From Alphaproteobacteria bacterium (GTDB taxonomy: Bacteria > Pseudomonadota > Alphaproteobacteria > UBA828): 64,000 nt of DNA. The position numbers were made by a program, and so were the translations under genes. Positions 30,116 through 40,465 of this stretch are shown in pieces. The stretch is from assembly GCA_965221125.1 (NCBI GenBank), contig CBDCRW010000005.1:352001-416000 (forward strand), given 5' to 3'. Within the stretch, counting starts at the first letter, position 1. Each line of letters opens with the position of its first letter. The notes under the pieces were generated by a model. The model did no database searches. It saw only the letters and a list, made by a program, of their open reading frames with translations, and was not told the DNA's origin.

Positions 30116-32532
30116 TCAATATACGGCGCCCAGCCCCTCGAACGGAACCGTCCCGGCTTCGAGATCGCCGTCCGGGCGATCCGCCTCCCTCAGCGCCGCC
30201 CGCTGCGTGGGCTCCGTGCCGGGGAGGAAGGCCTCGACGATGACGTCGTTGCTGGCGGTGCCGGGCAGCGCGCCGGACTCGCGCTCGATCCGCACGAAGC
30301 GAATGCCGGGCGGCACGCGGAAGGGGACGGCCGGCTTGTCCTCCAGGGCGGCGGCGAAGAAGTCGCGGACGATCGGCGCCGCGACCCGGCCGCCCGATTC
30401 CTTCCGGCCCAGCGATTGCGGCTGGTCGAACCCGACGTAGGCGGCCGCCACGAGGTCCGGGGTGAAGCCCACGAACCAGGCGTCGCGGAACTCGTTGGTG
30501 GTCCCCGTCTTGCCGCCGATCGGCGCGCCCAGCTTGCTGAGCGCGCGCCCCGTACCGCGCCGCACGGCGCCCTCCAGCATGGACACGACCTGGTACGTGG
30601 TGCGTGGGTCGGCGATCACCGGGCGCTGGTCGCGCGGGGCAGGCGGCAGCTGGTGGTGCCATGCGGCGGGCCGGCAGTTGTCGCAGTCGCGCGCATCGCG
30701 CCGGTACACCGTGCGCCCGTTGCGGTCCTGGATGCGCTCGATGAAGGCCGGTTCGATCCTGCGCCCGCCGTTGACCAGCATGGCATAGGCGGCCGCCAGC
30801 TCGATCGGCGTCGTCTCCAGCGCGCCGAGGGCGGCCGACGGCAGGTCCGGCAGGTCGGGGTGGAGCCCGAAGCGGGCGGCGTAGTCGGCGACGGTCCGCA
30901 TGCCGATGTCCTGGGCGACGCGCAACGTCATCAGGTTGCGGGATTCCTCCAGCCCGACCCTGAGCGTGCTGGGGCCGTAGAACCGCTCCGTGTAGTTCTC
31001 CGGCTTCCACTTGCGCAGGTGCTCGCCCTGGTCGATCACCACCGGCGCGTCGAGCACGATGGAGGCCGGCGTGTAGCCGCTGTCCAGCGCCGCCAGATAG
31101 ACGAAGGGCTTGAAGGCGGAGCCCGGCTGGCGCCGCGCCTGGGTCGCGCGGTCGAACTCGCTGGTGGCGTAGTCGAAGCCGCCGACCAGCGCCAGAACCC
31201 GCCCCGTGTGCGGATCGAGCGCCACCAGGGCGCCCGAGACGGCGGGAACCTGGCGCAGCGCGAAGGCGGCGTCCCGGTCTGCCACAGCCTCGACCGCCAC
31301 CACGTCGCCCGGACTCAGCACCTGGTTCGCCGCCGTGACCTCGGGCCCGAGCCGGCCCCTGCCACGGGCCTCGCGCGCCCACGTGAGATCGTCCAGCGCG
31401 ATGGCGCCCCGCGCGCCGTCGGCGAAGCCGATCTCCGCCTGGGCGTGCTCTACCGCCAGCACCGCGGTAAGGCGCCACGGCGCCGGCACCGGCGGCAGCT
31501 CGTCCGCCGCGAGCGCCTGCTGCCAGTCGCCGGCGGGGTCGATTTGCGCGAGCGGGCCGCGCCAGCCGCGGCGGGTGTCGTAGGCCACGAGGCCGCCTCT
31601 CAACGCCCGGTCAGCCATCGCCTGCAGCGCCGGGTCAACCGTCGTGCGGACCGAGAGCCCGCCTTCGTAGAGCGTGTCGTCGCCGTAGCGGGCCTGCAGC
31701 CAGCGGCGCACCTCCTCGGCGAAGTAGGGCGCCTCGACGTAGGTCTCGGGCGCGCGCTCGCGGGTGCGAAGCGGCGCCTGTATCGCGGCCTCGGCCTCGG
31801 CGGCGCTCACCGCGCCGTTGGCGCGCATCTGGTCCAGCACCCAATTGCGCCGCGCCACCGCCGCCTCGCGCTTGCGCACCGGGTGATAGTTGTTGGGCGC
31901 CTTGGGGAGCGCCGCGAGATAGGCCATCTCCTCCAGCGTGAGGTCGTTGAGGGAGCGGTCGAAGTAGTTGAGCGCCGCGGCGGCGACGCCGTAGGAGCCC
32001 GCGCCCAGGTAGATCTCATTGAGGTAGAGCTCGAGGATGCGGTCCTTGGTAAAGGCGTCCTCGATCCGCATGGCGAGGATGGCTTCCTTGAACTTGCGGG
32101 AGAAGGAAAGCTCGCCCGAGAGCAGGAAGTTCTTCGCCACCTGCTGGGTGATGGTCGACGCGCCCACCGGCCTGCGGTCGCCGCCCAGGTTAACGAGGTT
32201 CGTGACCACCGCGTTCGCCACGCTCAGGGGATCGATCCCGAAATGCTCGTAGAAGGCCTTGTCCTCGGCGGCGAGGAAGGCCTGGATCAGCCGGCGCGGC
32301 ATGGCGGCGAGCGGCACGTAGAGCCGCTTCTCGCGGGCGTGCTCGGCGAGCAGCCGCCCGTCGCCCGCGTGAACGCGGGTCATCACCGGCGGCTCGTAGG
32401 CCGCGAGCTGGTTGTGGTCCGGCAGGTCCCGGCCGTAGTGAAAGAACACGAAGGCGATGGCGCCGCTGGCGATGGCGGCGAGACTGCGGCGAGCAGAACG
32501 ATGCTGCCGAGGACGATGCCGAGCGTTTTCAT
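30116..32532 (-). CDS. mrcA: Penicillin-binding protein 1A, with a 1-bp frameshift in the N-terminal membrane anchor
   Basis: EDKAF.EH.G, GASTITQQ, SAFK, SRN, KTGT; ATG at 32532 is one base out of frame with the main ORF. Confidence 0.9.
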
Positions 32533-32683
32533 CGGAACACGGACCTGACGGTCAACGGAGTCGCGGGTGCGTCAGCCTACCACCGATCGGCGGCGATCAG
32601 GGCCGACGCGGTGCACGTGGCCAACAGACGGCATGAATATGGCGAGACTGCGGCGGGCCGCAAGCGGTCGCGTCAATTTCGGG

Positions 32684-33541
32684 TCAGCACGGCTCGCGGA
32701 AATAGGTATCCAGCGCGCGCAGGATCGCGCCTGCCAGGACCCTCCTGTGATTCCCGTCTCTCAGCCGCGCCGCGTCCCGGTCATTGGAGAGGTATCCGAG
32801 CTCGACCAGCACGGAAGGCATGTCCGGCGCCTTGAGGACGCGGAAGTCGCCGAAGCGGTGCGGGCGGTTGATGAGCGGTGCGACGCGGCCGAGCTCCGGC
32901 AGCAGCGTTGCCGCGAGGGTCGCCGAGCAATTCATCGTGTTCTGCTGGACCAACGAGATCAGCACCTTCGCCACGTCTTCGTCATAGCCTTCGGTGAGAT
33001 CGATGTCGGCGACGATATCCGCCTTGTTTTCGCGCGCGGCCAGCTCGGCGGTCTCCGCGTCCGACGACTCGTCGGCAAGCGTGTAGACCGATGCGCCGCG
33101 CACGTCGCGGTTCTCGACACGGTCAAGATGAATGGAGAGAAAGAGATCGGCGCCGGCGTTGCGGGCGATGACGACACGCTGATGCAGTCCCACCTTGCGG
33201 TCGCTGTCGCGCGTCATGACTACCCGATAGCGGCCGGACTCCGCGAGCACCTGCCGAAGCTCGCGGGAAAAGATCAGCGCCAGGGTCTTTTCCTTCAACC
33301 CGCTCGTCGCGATGGCGCCGGGGTCGCGTCCGCCGTGGCCGGCGTCGATCGCGACCAGGTGGCGCACGGGCGCGGGCGCAGGCTTGGAGCGCGGCAGAGG
33401 GACGGGCCCTGCCGGGGCGGTCAGTCCGGCCTGGGTGGCAGGCTTTGCCGGTGCCGGCGGCTCGGCGTGCGCGCTTGCCGCGACAGCCGCGACGAACATT
33501 GCGGCCAACGTCGCAATTGCGAGCCCGCGTCGCCACATCAC
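32684..33541 (-). CDS. amiC: N-acetylmuramoyl-L-alanine amidase (Amidase_3, AmiC-like, short)
   Basis: IDAGHGGRDPGA, EK, SIH, VLVELGYLSN; signal peptide; upstream of mrcA. Confidence 0.85.
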   Translation of the reverse strand: MMWRRGLAIATLAAMFVAAVAASAHAEPPAPAKPATQAGLTAPAGPVPLPRSKPAPAPVRHLVAIDAGHGGRDPGAIATSGLKEKTLALIFSRELRQVLAESGRYRVVMTRDSDRKVGLHQRVVIARNAGADLFLSIHLDRVENRDVRGASVYTLADESSDAETAELAARENKADIVADIDLTEGYDEDVAKVLISLVQQNTMNCSATLAATLLPELGRVAPLINRPHRFGDFRVLKAPDMPSVLVELGYLSNDRDAARLRDGNHRRVLAGAILRALDTYFREPC

Positions 33542-33640
33542 GATGTCGGTCCGTGCTCTGCCGGCATCTCTACTCCCTCAAACCGGCAACCGCCTGCCTT
33601 CATAGCGGCTCGCCCCGAGTCCCGGCAACGCCCCCAATAT

Positions 33641-34807
33641 GATTCCTCTGCGAAAGTGGGTTTGCGGATTGGGTGGCATGTGATTCGTTGCTGCAGCGAT
33701 GGGGAGGTCGATTCGATGAGCGGCACGGGTCAGCTGGGGTTTGCGGAAGCGTTCATGTCTGCGGGGCTGGGGACAAACCGGAAGCTGGAGCGTCTGGACG
33801 CCCTGATCGACTGGTCTCGGCTGGAGCGTCTGGCGTCGCGTGTGCGCGAGGGACGCCGGGGTCGTCCGCCCTATGCGCCGCTGGCGATGCTGAAGGCTCT
33901 CTATCTTCAGGCGCTCTACGACCTTTCGGACCCCGGCCTGGAGGAGGCGCTGCTGGACCGGCTCTCGTTCCGGCGCTTCTGCGGCTTTGCGCTGGATGGG
34001 GGCACGCCGGACGAGACCACGATCTGCCGCTTCCGCGCGGACGCAGGCGCGGTCCTGGAGGCGGCGTTCGAGGAGATCAACCGTCAGCTGGATGCCGCCG
34101 GCCTGATCCTGCGCAAGGGCACGCTGATGGACGCGACGTTGGTGGCCTCGGCCTCGCGGCCTCCGCCCTACAAGGCGGGTGCCGGTGCCGGGCACCCACG
34201 GGAGAGGGGCGCGGGCTGGACGCGCAAGAAGGGCCGCGCCGTCTTCGGCTACAAGGCGCATGTGGGTGTGGACCAGGGCTCGGGTCTGATCCGGCGCCTG
34301 GTTCTGAGCTCGGCCAAGACCTACGAGAGCGAGGTGGCCGACCGGCTGATCTGCGGCGACGAGGGGGCGGTCTATGGCGACCGCGCCTACGAGCAGGCGG
34401 CGCGACGGGCCAGGCTCAAGGCCTGCGGCATCAAGGACCGCATCATGCACCGGCGGAACAAGCACATGGCCTCGTTGCCGCCCTGGCAGAAGCGCCGCAA
34501 CGATCTGATCGCCAGGCGCCGGGCACCGGTGGAAGCGGTCTTCTCGGCGCTGAAGCGCCTCTACGGGCTGAGGCGGGCGAAGAGCCTCACGCTCGAGAGG
34601 AACACCGCCCGCCTCTACGCCGTTGCCACCGCCTACAACCTGCGCCGCGCCAGCCTGATTGCGGGCTGCTGACACCGCATCGCACCCGCAAACCGCTGCT
34701 TCAGACACGAGAGCGTCCGGCGGTAGCGGCAAAATCGGCTCCATCAACACCGCTCAACGCCAAAATTCTCCCCCAACATCCCGCCAAGCCGATTTCGCAG
34801 AGGAATC
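33641..34807 (+). mobile_element. IS5-family element (1167 bp) with 15-bp perfect IRs and 6-bp TSD
   Basis: IR GATTCCTCTGCGAAA at 33641-33655 and 34793-34807; CAATAT duplicated at 33635-33640 and 34808-34813. Confidence 0.93.
33716..34672 (+). CDS. IS5-family transposase
   Basis: GRPPY, LSDPGLEE, PDETTICRFR, DAT, GYKAH, YGDRAY, RAPVE. Confidence 0.93.
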   Translation: MSGTGQLGFAEAFMSAGLGTNRKLERLDALIDWSRLERLASRVREGRRGRPPYAPLAMLKALYLQALYDLSDPGLEEALLDRLSFRRFCGFALDGGTPDETTICRFRADAGAVLEAAFEEINRQLDAAGLILRKGTLMDATLVASASRPPPYKAGAGAGHPRERGAGWTRKKGRAVFGYKAHVGVDQGSGLIRRLVLSSAKTYESEVADRLICGDEGAVYGDRAYEQAARRARLKACGIKDRIMHRRNKHMASLPPWQKRRNDLIARRRAPVEAVFSALKRLYGLRRAKSLTLERNTARLYAVATAYNLRRASLIAGC

Positions 34808-34856
34808 CAATATGGGGGACCGTGCTACTCTTGCCGCGCGACCGGGGAGGGATGGC

Positions 34857-35633
34857 ATGGCGCGGGACGACGGCACGGAAACGAAGGCGGGCCCGAAGAC
34901 GCGACGCTCGCGGGCCGAGAGCCGCGCGCGGCGCGAGCTCGCCGCCTGCTATCGCATGTTCTACCGGCGCGGCATGGACGACCTGATCTACACGCACCTT
35001 TCGGTGCGCATTCCCGACCAGCGCGAGCGCTACCTCTTCATCGGCTTCGGCCAGCTCTTCGACGAGGTGACGGCGTCCAGCCTGCTGACCGTCGACATCG
35101 AGGGCGAGAACGTCGGCCGCACGCCGGGCGAGGCCAATCCGGCGGGCTGGGCGGTGCACCGGACCGTCTACGAGGCGGTGGCGGAGGCGGAGAGCGTGAT
35201 GCACCTGCACACGGTGCATGGCGTCGCCGTCTCGGCGCAGAAGGGCGGACTGCTGCCGATCAACCAGTTCGCGGTCACCCATACCGGCCAGATCGCCTAC
35301 CACGACTACGACGGACCGGGTCTCAGGCCCGCCGAGCAGAAGACCCTGGTCCGCGACCTCGGGAACAAGCGGATGATGTTCCTGCGCAACCACGGCACGC
35401 TGACCTGGGGGCGCTCGATCGCCGAAGCCTTCACGCTGATGCACTACCTGGAGCGCACCTGCGAAATCCAGATCGCGGCCCAGGCGGGCGGCCAGCCGGT
35501 GCTGCCCAAGAAATCCGTCATCGAGCGCACGGCTGCGGAGCGCCAGGGGACCGGCAACGTGGAGTGGGCGCGGGTCGGCTTCGAGGCGCTGCTGCGCCGC
35601 CTCGACCGCGAGGACCCCTCCTACCGCCGCTAG
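34857..35633 (+). CDS. Class II aldolase/adducin family protein
   Basis: IYTHLSVR, HLHT, LRNHG zinc-site motifs. Confidence 0.88.
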   Translation: MARDDGTETKAGPKTRRSRAESRARRELAACYRMFYRRGMDDLIYTHLSVRIPDQRERYLFIGFGQLFDEVTASSLLTVDIEGENVGRTPGEANPAGWAVHRTVYEAVAEAESVMHLHTVHGVAVSAQKGGLLPINQFAVTHTGQIAYHDYDGPGLRPAEQKTLVRDLGNKRMMFLRNHGTLTWGRSIAEAFTLMHYLERTCEIQIAAQAGGQPVLPKKSVIERTAAERQGTGNVEWARVGFEALLRRLDREDPSYRR

Positions 35634-35664
35634 CGTTCAGCGGCCTGCGCGCTATAGTGCCGCC

Positions 35665-37059
35665 ATGGCAACACTCCTGAAGAATACCGACACACAAAGC
35701 GCGATCGAGGAACTCGGCGCGCTCCTCGGCGACCGGCTCTCCACCTCGCCTGCGGTGTGCGAGCACCACGCGACGGGGGAGACCTACCATGCGCCGCGTC
35801 CGCCGGATGCGGTGGTCTTCCCCGAGACGACGGAGGAGGTCGCCGAGATCGTCCGCATCTGTGCCGCCCACGGCGTGCCCATGGTCCCCTACGGGGTGGG
35901 CACGTCGGTCGAAGGCAATGTCTGCGCGCTGGAAGGCGGCGTCACGCTCGACATGGGGCAGATGAACAAGGTGCTCCGGGTGAGCCAGGAGGATCTCGAC
36001 GTCACCGTCCAGGCCGGCGTCACGCGCAAGCAGCTCAACACCTACCTGCGCGACACCGGGCTCTTCTTCCCCATCGACCCGGGCGCCGATGCGACCCTCG
36101 GCGGCATGACCGCGACGCGGGCGTCGGGCACCAACGCCGTGCGCTACGGCACGCTCAAGGAGAACGTGCTGGGCCTTACGGTGGTGCTGCCCGACGGGCA
36201 GGTCATCACCACGGGCGGCCGCGCGCGCAAGTCGGCGGCAGGCTACGATCTCACCCGGCTCTTCGTCGGCTCCGAGGGAACGCTCGGCGTGATGACCGAG
36301 ATCACGCTCAAGCTCTACGGCATTCCCGAGGCGATCTCGGCGGCGGTGTGCTCCTTCCCCTCGCTGGAGGCGGCGGTCAACACGGTGATCCTGACCATCC
36401 AGTCGGGCATCCCCATCGCCCGCGTGGAGCTGCTGGACGACATCCAGATGGATGCCTGCAACAAGTTCTCGAAGCTCGACTACGCGCCCAAGGACACGCT
36501 CTTCTTCGAGTTCCACGGCACCGAGCAGGGCGTCGCCGAGCAGGTGGAGCAGGTGCGCGAGATCGTCGAGGAGTTCGGCGGCTCGGACTTCCGCTGGGCG
36601 ACGAAGGCCGAGGAGCGGAACGCGCTGTGGCAGGCGCGGCACGACGTCTATTACGCCTGCCTCGCGCTGCAGCCGGGCAAGTCGGGCTGGGCGACGGACG
36701 TCTGCGTGCCCATCTCCCGCCTCGCGGACTGCCTGATGGAGACGAAGGAGGAGCTCGACGCCTCGCCCCTGCTGGCCCCGATCGTGGGCCACGTGGGCGA
36801 CGGCAACTTCCACGTCTGCTTCCTCATCGACCCGGACGATCCGGCGGAAATGGCCGAGGCCAAGCGCCTCAACCAGCGCATGATCGACCGTGCGCTCGCC
36901 ATGGGCGGGACCAGCACGGGCGAGCACGGCATCGGCTGCGGCAAGCTCGACTACCTGGAGGCCGAGCACGGCGCCGGCGCCGTCGAGCTCATGCGCATGC
37001 TCAAGCGGACGGTCGACCCCCAGAACCTGATGAACCCGGGGAAGGTGGTCGTCGTCTGA
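35665..37059 (+). CDS. FAD-linked oxidase, D-lactate dehydrogenase (cytochrome)-like
   Basis: FPIDPGADA, GSEGTLG, GHVGDGNFH, GEHGIG, NPGK. Confidence 0.88.
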   Translation: MATLLKNTDTQSAIEELGALLGDRLSTSPAVCEHHATGETYHAPRPPDAVVFPETTEEVAEIVRICAAHGVPMVPYGVGTSVEGNVCALEGGVTLDMGQMNKVLRVSQEDLDVTVQAGVTRKQLNTYLRDTGLFFPIDPGADATLGGMTATRASGTNAVRYGTLKENVLGLTVVLPDGQVITTGGRARKSAAGYDLTRLFVGSEGTLGVMTEITLKLYGIPEAISAAVCSFPSLEAAVNTVILTIQSGIPIARVELLDDIQMDACNKFSKLDYAPKDTLFFEFHGTEQGVAEQVEQVREIVEEFGGSDFRWATKAEERNALWQARHDVYYACLALQPGKSGWATDVCVPISRLADCLMETKEELDASPLLAPIVGHVGDGNFHVCFLIDPDDPAEMAEAKRLNQRMIDRALAMGGTSTGEHGIGCGKLDYLEAEHGAGAVELMRMLKRTVDPQNLMNPGKVVVV

Positions 37060-37161
37060 TCGCAGGCTGCTGCGCGCGCCCGTGGCGCGGACGCAACATT
37101 TCCTAGAAAGACGACCTGGCGGCCGGGAACGCGGCGGTTCAACCGTCGCGTGCGCCCTCAA

Positions 37162-38526
37162 TCATTCGAGCATCGTGCGCGGCAGCCACATGGCGATCTC
37201 GGGGAAGGCGATGACCAGCCCGAGCCCGATGAGCTGCAGGAACACGAAGGGGATGATGCCGCGGTAGATCTGCTGGATGCGCACTTCGGGCGGGGCCACG
37301 CCCTTCATGTAGAAGAGGGCGAAGCCGAAGGGTGGCGTCAGGAAGGAGGTCTGCAGGTTGACCGCCATCAGGATCGAGAACCAGTAGACCACCTCGAGCT
37401 TGGGCACGTGATCGCCGAAGTCGAGGCCTGCCAGGATCGGCGCGAACACCGGCAGCACGATCAGCGTGATCTCGATCCAGTCGAAGAAGAAGCCCAGGAG
37501 GAAGGTCACGATCATCAGGATGAAGAGGATTCCCCAGGGCCCGACGCCCACGGAATAGACCAGGTCCTCGATCAGCTGGTCCCCGCCGAGCGAGCGGAAG
37601 ACGTAGGAGAACGCCGTCGCACCGACGAAGATGAAGAACAGCATGCCGTTGGTGAGCGCCGTGCGCTCGACCACGTCCCGCAGCACCTTCCAAGAGAGCT
37701 TACGGTTGATGACTGCCAGCAGGACTGAGCCGAAGGCGCCGACACCCGCCGCCTCGGTGGGCGTCGCCCAGCCCATCACGATCGAGCCCAGCACCAGCAG
37801 GATGAGGAAGACCGCCGGAATGAAGCCCCTGAGCAGCAGGATCACGAGCTCGCCCGTGCTCTTCGGCCCCATCTCCTTGGGCAGCGGCGGCGCGAGGTGC
37901 GGTTTGAAGCGGCAGAGCGTGAAGATGTAGATGAAGTAGAGGCCCGCCAGCATCAGGCCGGGGAACACTGCCGCGACGAAGAGCGTGCCGACCGAGCGGC
38001 CCAGCAGGTCCGCCATGATGACCAGCATGATGCTGGGCGGAATCAGGATGCCGAGCGTGCCCGAGGACGCGATCGTGCCGGTGGCGAGCTCCATGTTGTA
38101 CTTGCGCTGCAGCATCACCGGCAGCGCCATCAGGCTGATCATCACCACCGAGGCGCCGATGATGCCGGTGGTCGCGGCGAGGATGGTGCCCATCACCGTG
38201 ACCGCGAGCGCGAGCCCGCCCGGCGTGCGCCGCAGCAGGACCTGGAGGCAGTAGAGCAAATCGGCGGCGACGCCGGAGCGCTCCAGCATCGTGCCCATGA
38301 AGATGAACATGGGGATCGCCACCAGCACCAGGTTGTCGGCGATGCCCCAGATGCGGAGCGGCAGGTTGAAGAACTGGATGACGTGAAAGACGTCGAGCGC
38401 GGCGCCGAGGAAGCCGAAGCCCAGCGCCACGCCGCCGAGGACGAAACCGACGGGGAAGCCCGAGAACAGCAGGATCGCCAGCGCGCCGAACATGAACGCC
38501 GGCAGATAATCCTCGATGTAGAACAT
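37162..38526 (-). CDS. TRAP transporter large permease DctM
   Basis: AIPMFIFMG, GTLGILIPPS, QTSFLTPPFG. Confidence 0.93.
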   Translation of the reverse strand: MFYIEDYLPAFMFGALAILLFSGFPVGFVLGGVALGFGFLGAALDVFHVIQFFNLPLRIWGIADNLVLVAIPMFIFMGTMLERSGVAADLLYCLQVLLRRTPGGLALAVTVMGTILAATTGIIGASVVMISLMALPVMLQRKYNMELATGTIASSGTLGILIPPSIMLVIMADLLGRSVGTLFVAAVFPGLMLAGLYFIYIFTLCRFKPHLAPPLPKEMGPKSTGELVILLLRGFIPAVFLILLVLGSIVMGWATPTEAAGVGAFGSVLLAVINRKLSWKVLRDVVERTALTNGMLFFIFVGATAFSYVFRSLGGDQLIEDLVYSVGVGPWGILFILMIVTFLLGFFFDWIEITLIVLPVFAPILAGLDFGDHVPKLEVVYWFSILMAVNLQTSFLTPPFGFALFYMKGVAPPEVRIQQIYRGIIPFVFLQLIGLGLVIAFPEIAMWLPRTMLE

Positions 38527-38529
38527 GCC

Positions 38530-39117
38530 CTAGAGCTCCCGGCCCGGCGTGGTGGGCTCGGGAGGCTTCGGCACCTCCGGGGTGTCGTCGCTGAGGGCGC
38601 GGCGATGCTCGGCCGAGCCGAAGAGCTCGATGAACTTGCGCAGCACGACCGCGACGGCGGCCAGTCCCAGGAGGAGCATCCCGGCCGGCAGGAAGCCCTT
38701 GATCGCCCAGCGATAGGGCAGGCCGGTCGCGGAGTCCGAGGCCTCGTTCAGGTTCCAGGAGCGCTCCACGAAGTCCATCGCGAAGTAGAAGACGATGGCG
38801 CAGTAGGGGATGGCGAAGACGAGGCAACCGATGAACTCGATCCAGCGCTGGGTCGTGGGGCTGAAGCGCTCATGCACCAGGCTGATCCGCACATGGGCGT
38901 TTCTGAGGTAGGCGAAGCCCAGGCAGAGCAGGAACAGCGCCGCATGCAGGTGCCATTCGCCTTCCTGCAGCTTGGTCGAGCCCAGCACGAGGAAGCGGCG
39001 GGTGATGACGTCGAAGATGATGACGATCATCAGCGGCACCGAGATCCAGGCGCCGATGCGCCCGACCCAGGTCGCCACCGAATTGAGGACGCCCTCGATT
39101 CTCAGGAGGTACCGCAT
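38530..39117 (-). CDS. TRAP transporter small permease DctQ
   Basis: Four hydrophobic segments, EWHL, HVRI; between DctP and DctM. Confidence 0.9.
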   Translation of the reverse strand: MRYLLRIEGVLNSVATWVGRIGAWISVPLMIVIIFDVITRRFLVLGSTKLQEGEWHLHAALFLLCLGFAYLRNAHVRISLVHERFSPTTQRWIEFIGCLVFAIPYCAIVFYFAMDFVERSWNLNEASDSATGLPYRWAIKGFLPAGMLLLGLAAVAVVLRKFIELFGSAEHRRALSDDTPEVPKPPEPTTPGREL

Positions 39118-39152
39118 ACGGTCCGTTACCGCCTACCCACCGCGACAATAGG

Positions 39153-39230
39153 GGAGCGCCGGAACGCGGTCCACACCGCCTCCGGCGCTCCTCGAAGAAT
39201 GAGAAGCCGCACGCGGTGGCGCGCGGCTTC
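39153..39230. promoter_or_regulatory. Two intercistronic stem-loops after the TRAP binding-protein gene
   Basis: GGAGCGCCGGA/TCCGGCGCTCC (39153-39191) and GAAGCCGC/GCGGCTTC (39203-39230). Confidence 0.5.
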
Positions 39231-39239
39231 AGATCGGCC

Positions 39240-40298
39240 TTAGTTCAGGTAGCCGAGATCGTTCCAGACCGCATACTCGGCACGGAACGCCGTGTAGGAC
39301 TCCCAGACCTTGGCGAAGTTCGCGTCACGCGCCGCGTCCTCGGCCGCGACCTCGTTCCACTTCTCCTCCAGCGTGTCCAGAATCTCCTGCGACCAGCGGT
39401 GGATCGTCACGCCCTTCTCCTGGAGTTCCGCCAGCGCCTTGCCCTGAATGGCCTCGCCCTCGGCCAGGCCTTCGCGGAAGGCATCGCCACAGGCGACCTC
39501 GATCTGCGCCTGCTGCGTGTCGCTCAACGCATCCCAGGCGGCCCGGTTCAATAGCAGCTCGAACACCGTCGACTGCTGGTGCCAGCCGGGGAAGTAGTAG
39601 TGCTTGGCGACCTGGTAGAAGCCGAGATTGAGGTCGATCGCCGGCATGGAATACTCGGTGGCGTCGATGGAGCCGCGCTCGAGCGCGGGGAAGATATCGC
39701 CACCGGCAATGAGCTGGGTGGAGACGCCGACCTTCTCCATCACCTTGGCGCCGAGGCCGAAGAAGCGCATCTTCAGGCCCGCGAGATCCTCGATGGAGTT
39801 GATCTCCTTGCGGAACCAGCCTGACGCCTCAGGCGCGATGACGCCGCAAGGCAGCGACTTCAGGCCATGCGGCTCGTAGATCGAATCCCACAGCTCGTAG
39901 CCGCCGCCGTAGTAGATCCAGCCCATATACTCGCCGGCCCTCGGGCCGAAGGGCACGGCCGCGAACATGGCGAGCGCGGGCTCCTTGCCGTACCAGTAGC
40001 CGGGCGTGGACCAGCAGGCATCAACCGAGCCTGCGGCCACGGCGTCGAAGCATTCCTTCGCCGGAATCAGCGCGTTGGGCTCGAAGAACTTGATCTGGAT
40101 GTTGCCGCCGGAGATGCGGTCCAGGCGGTCCACCATGCTCTTGCCGAGCGTGCCGAGCTGGGTCAGGCTGCTGGGGAACCAGCTCGCCATGTTCCAGCGT
40201 ACGCGCTCGTCCTCGGCCTGGGCGAGGCCCGCCGTGAGAAGTGCTGCGCTCAACACGCCGGCGGCGAGGCCGGCCTTGATCGATTTGCCAACTTTCAT
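39240..40298 (-). CDS. TRAP substrate-binding protein (TakP/alpha-keto acid type)
   Basis: Signal peptide, AVPFG, GWFRKEI, GLKMR, YYFPGWHQ. Confidence 0.9.
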   Translation of the reverse strand: MKVGKSIKAGLAAGVLSAALLTAGLAQAEDERVRWNMASWFPSSLTQLGTLGKSMVDRLDRISGGNIQIKFFEPNALIPAKECFDAVAAGSVDACWSTPGYWYGKEPALAMFAAVPFGPRAGEYMGWIYYGGGYELWDSIYEPHGLKSLPCGVIAPEASGWFRKEINSIEDLAGLKMRFFGLGAKVMEKVGVSTQLIAGGDIFPALERGSIDATEYSMPAIDLNLGFYQVAKHYYFPGWHQQSTVFELLLNRAAWDALSDTQQAQIEVACGDAFREGLAEGEAIQGKALAELQEKGVTIHRWSQEILDTLEEKWNEVAAEDAARDANFAKVWESYTAFRAEYAVWNDLGYLN

Positions 40299-40465
40299 CT
40301 TCGTTCTCCCTCCGATCGGTTCGCCGCGCCTCGCGCTGGCGCACAATGATCCGGACTCCGGCGTGCACAGCCGGGGCGGTGCCAACCAGTGTCGCGCCCT
40401 GGCGCCCGCCAATCCACCACGCTAGAACAGGCGCAAGGGCACGGCAAGCACATCGGGAACGAACT

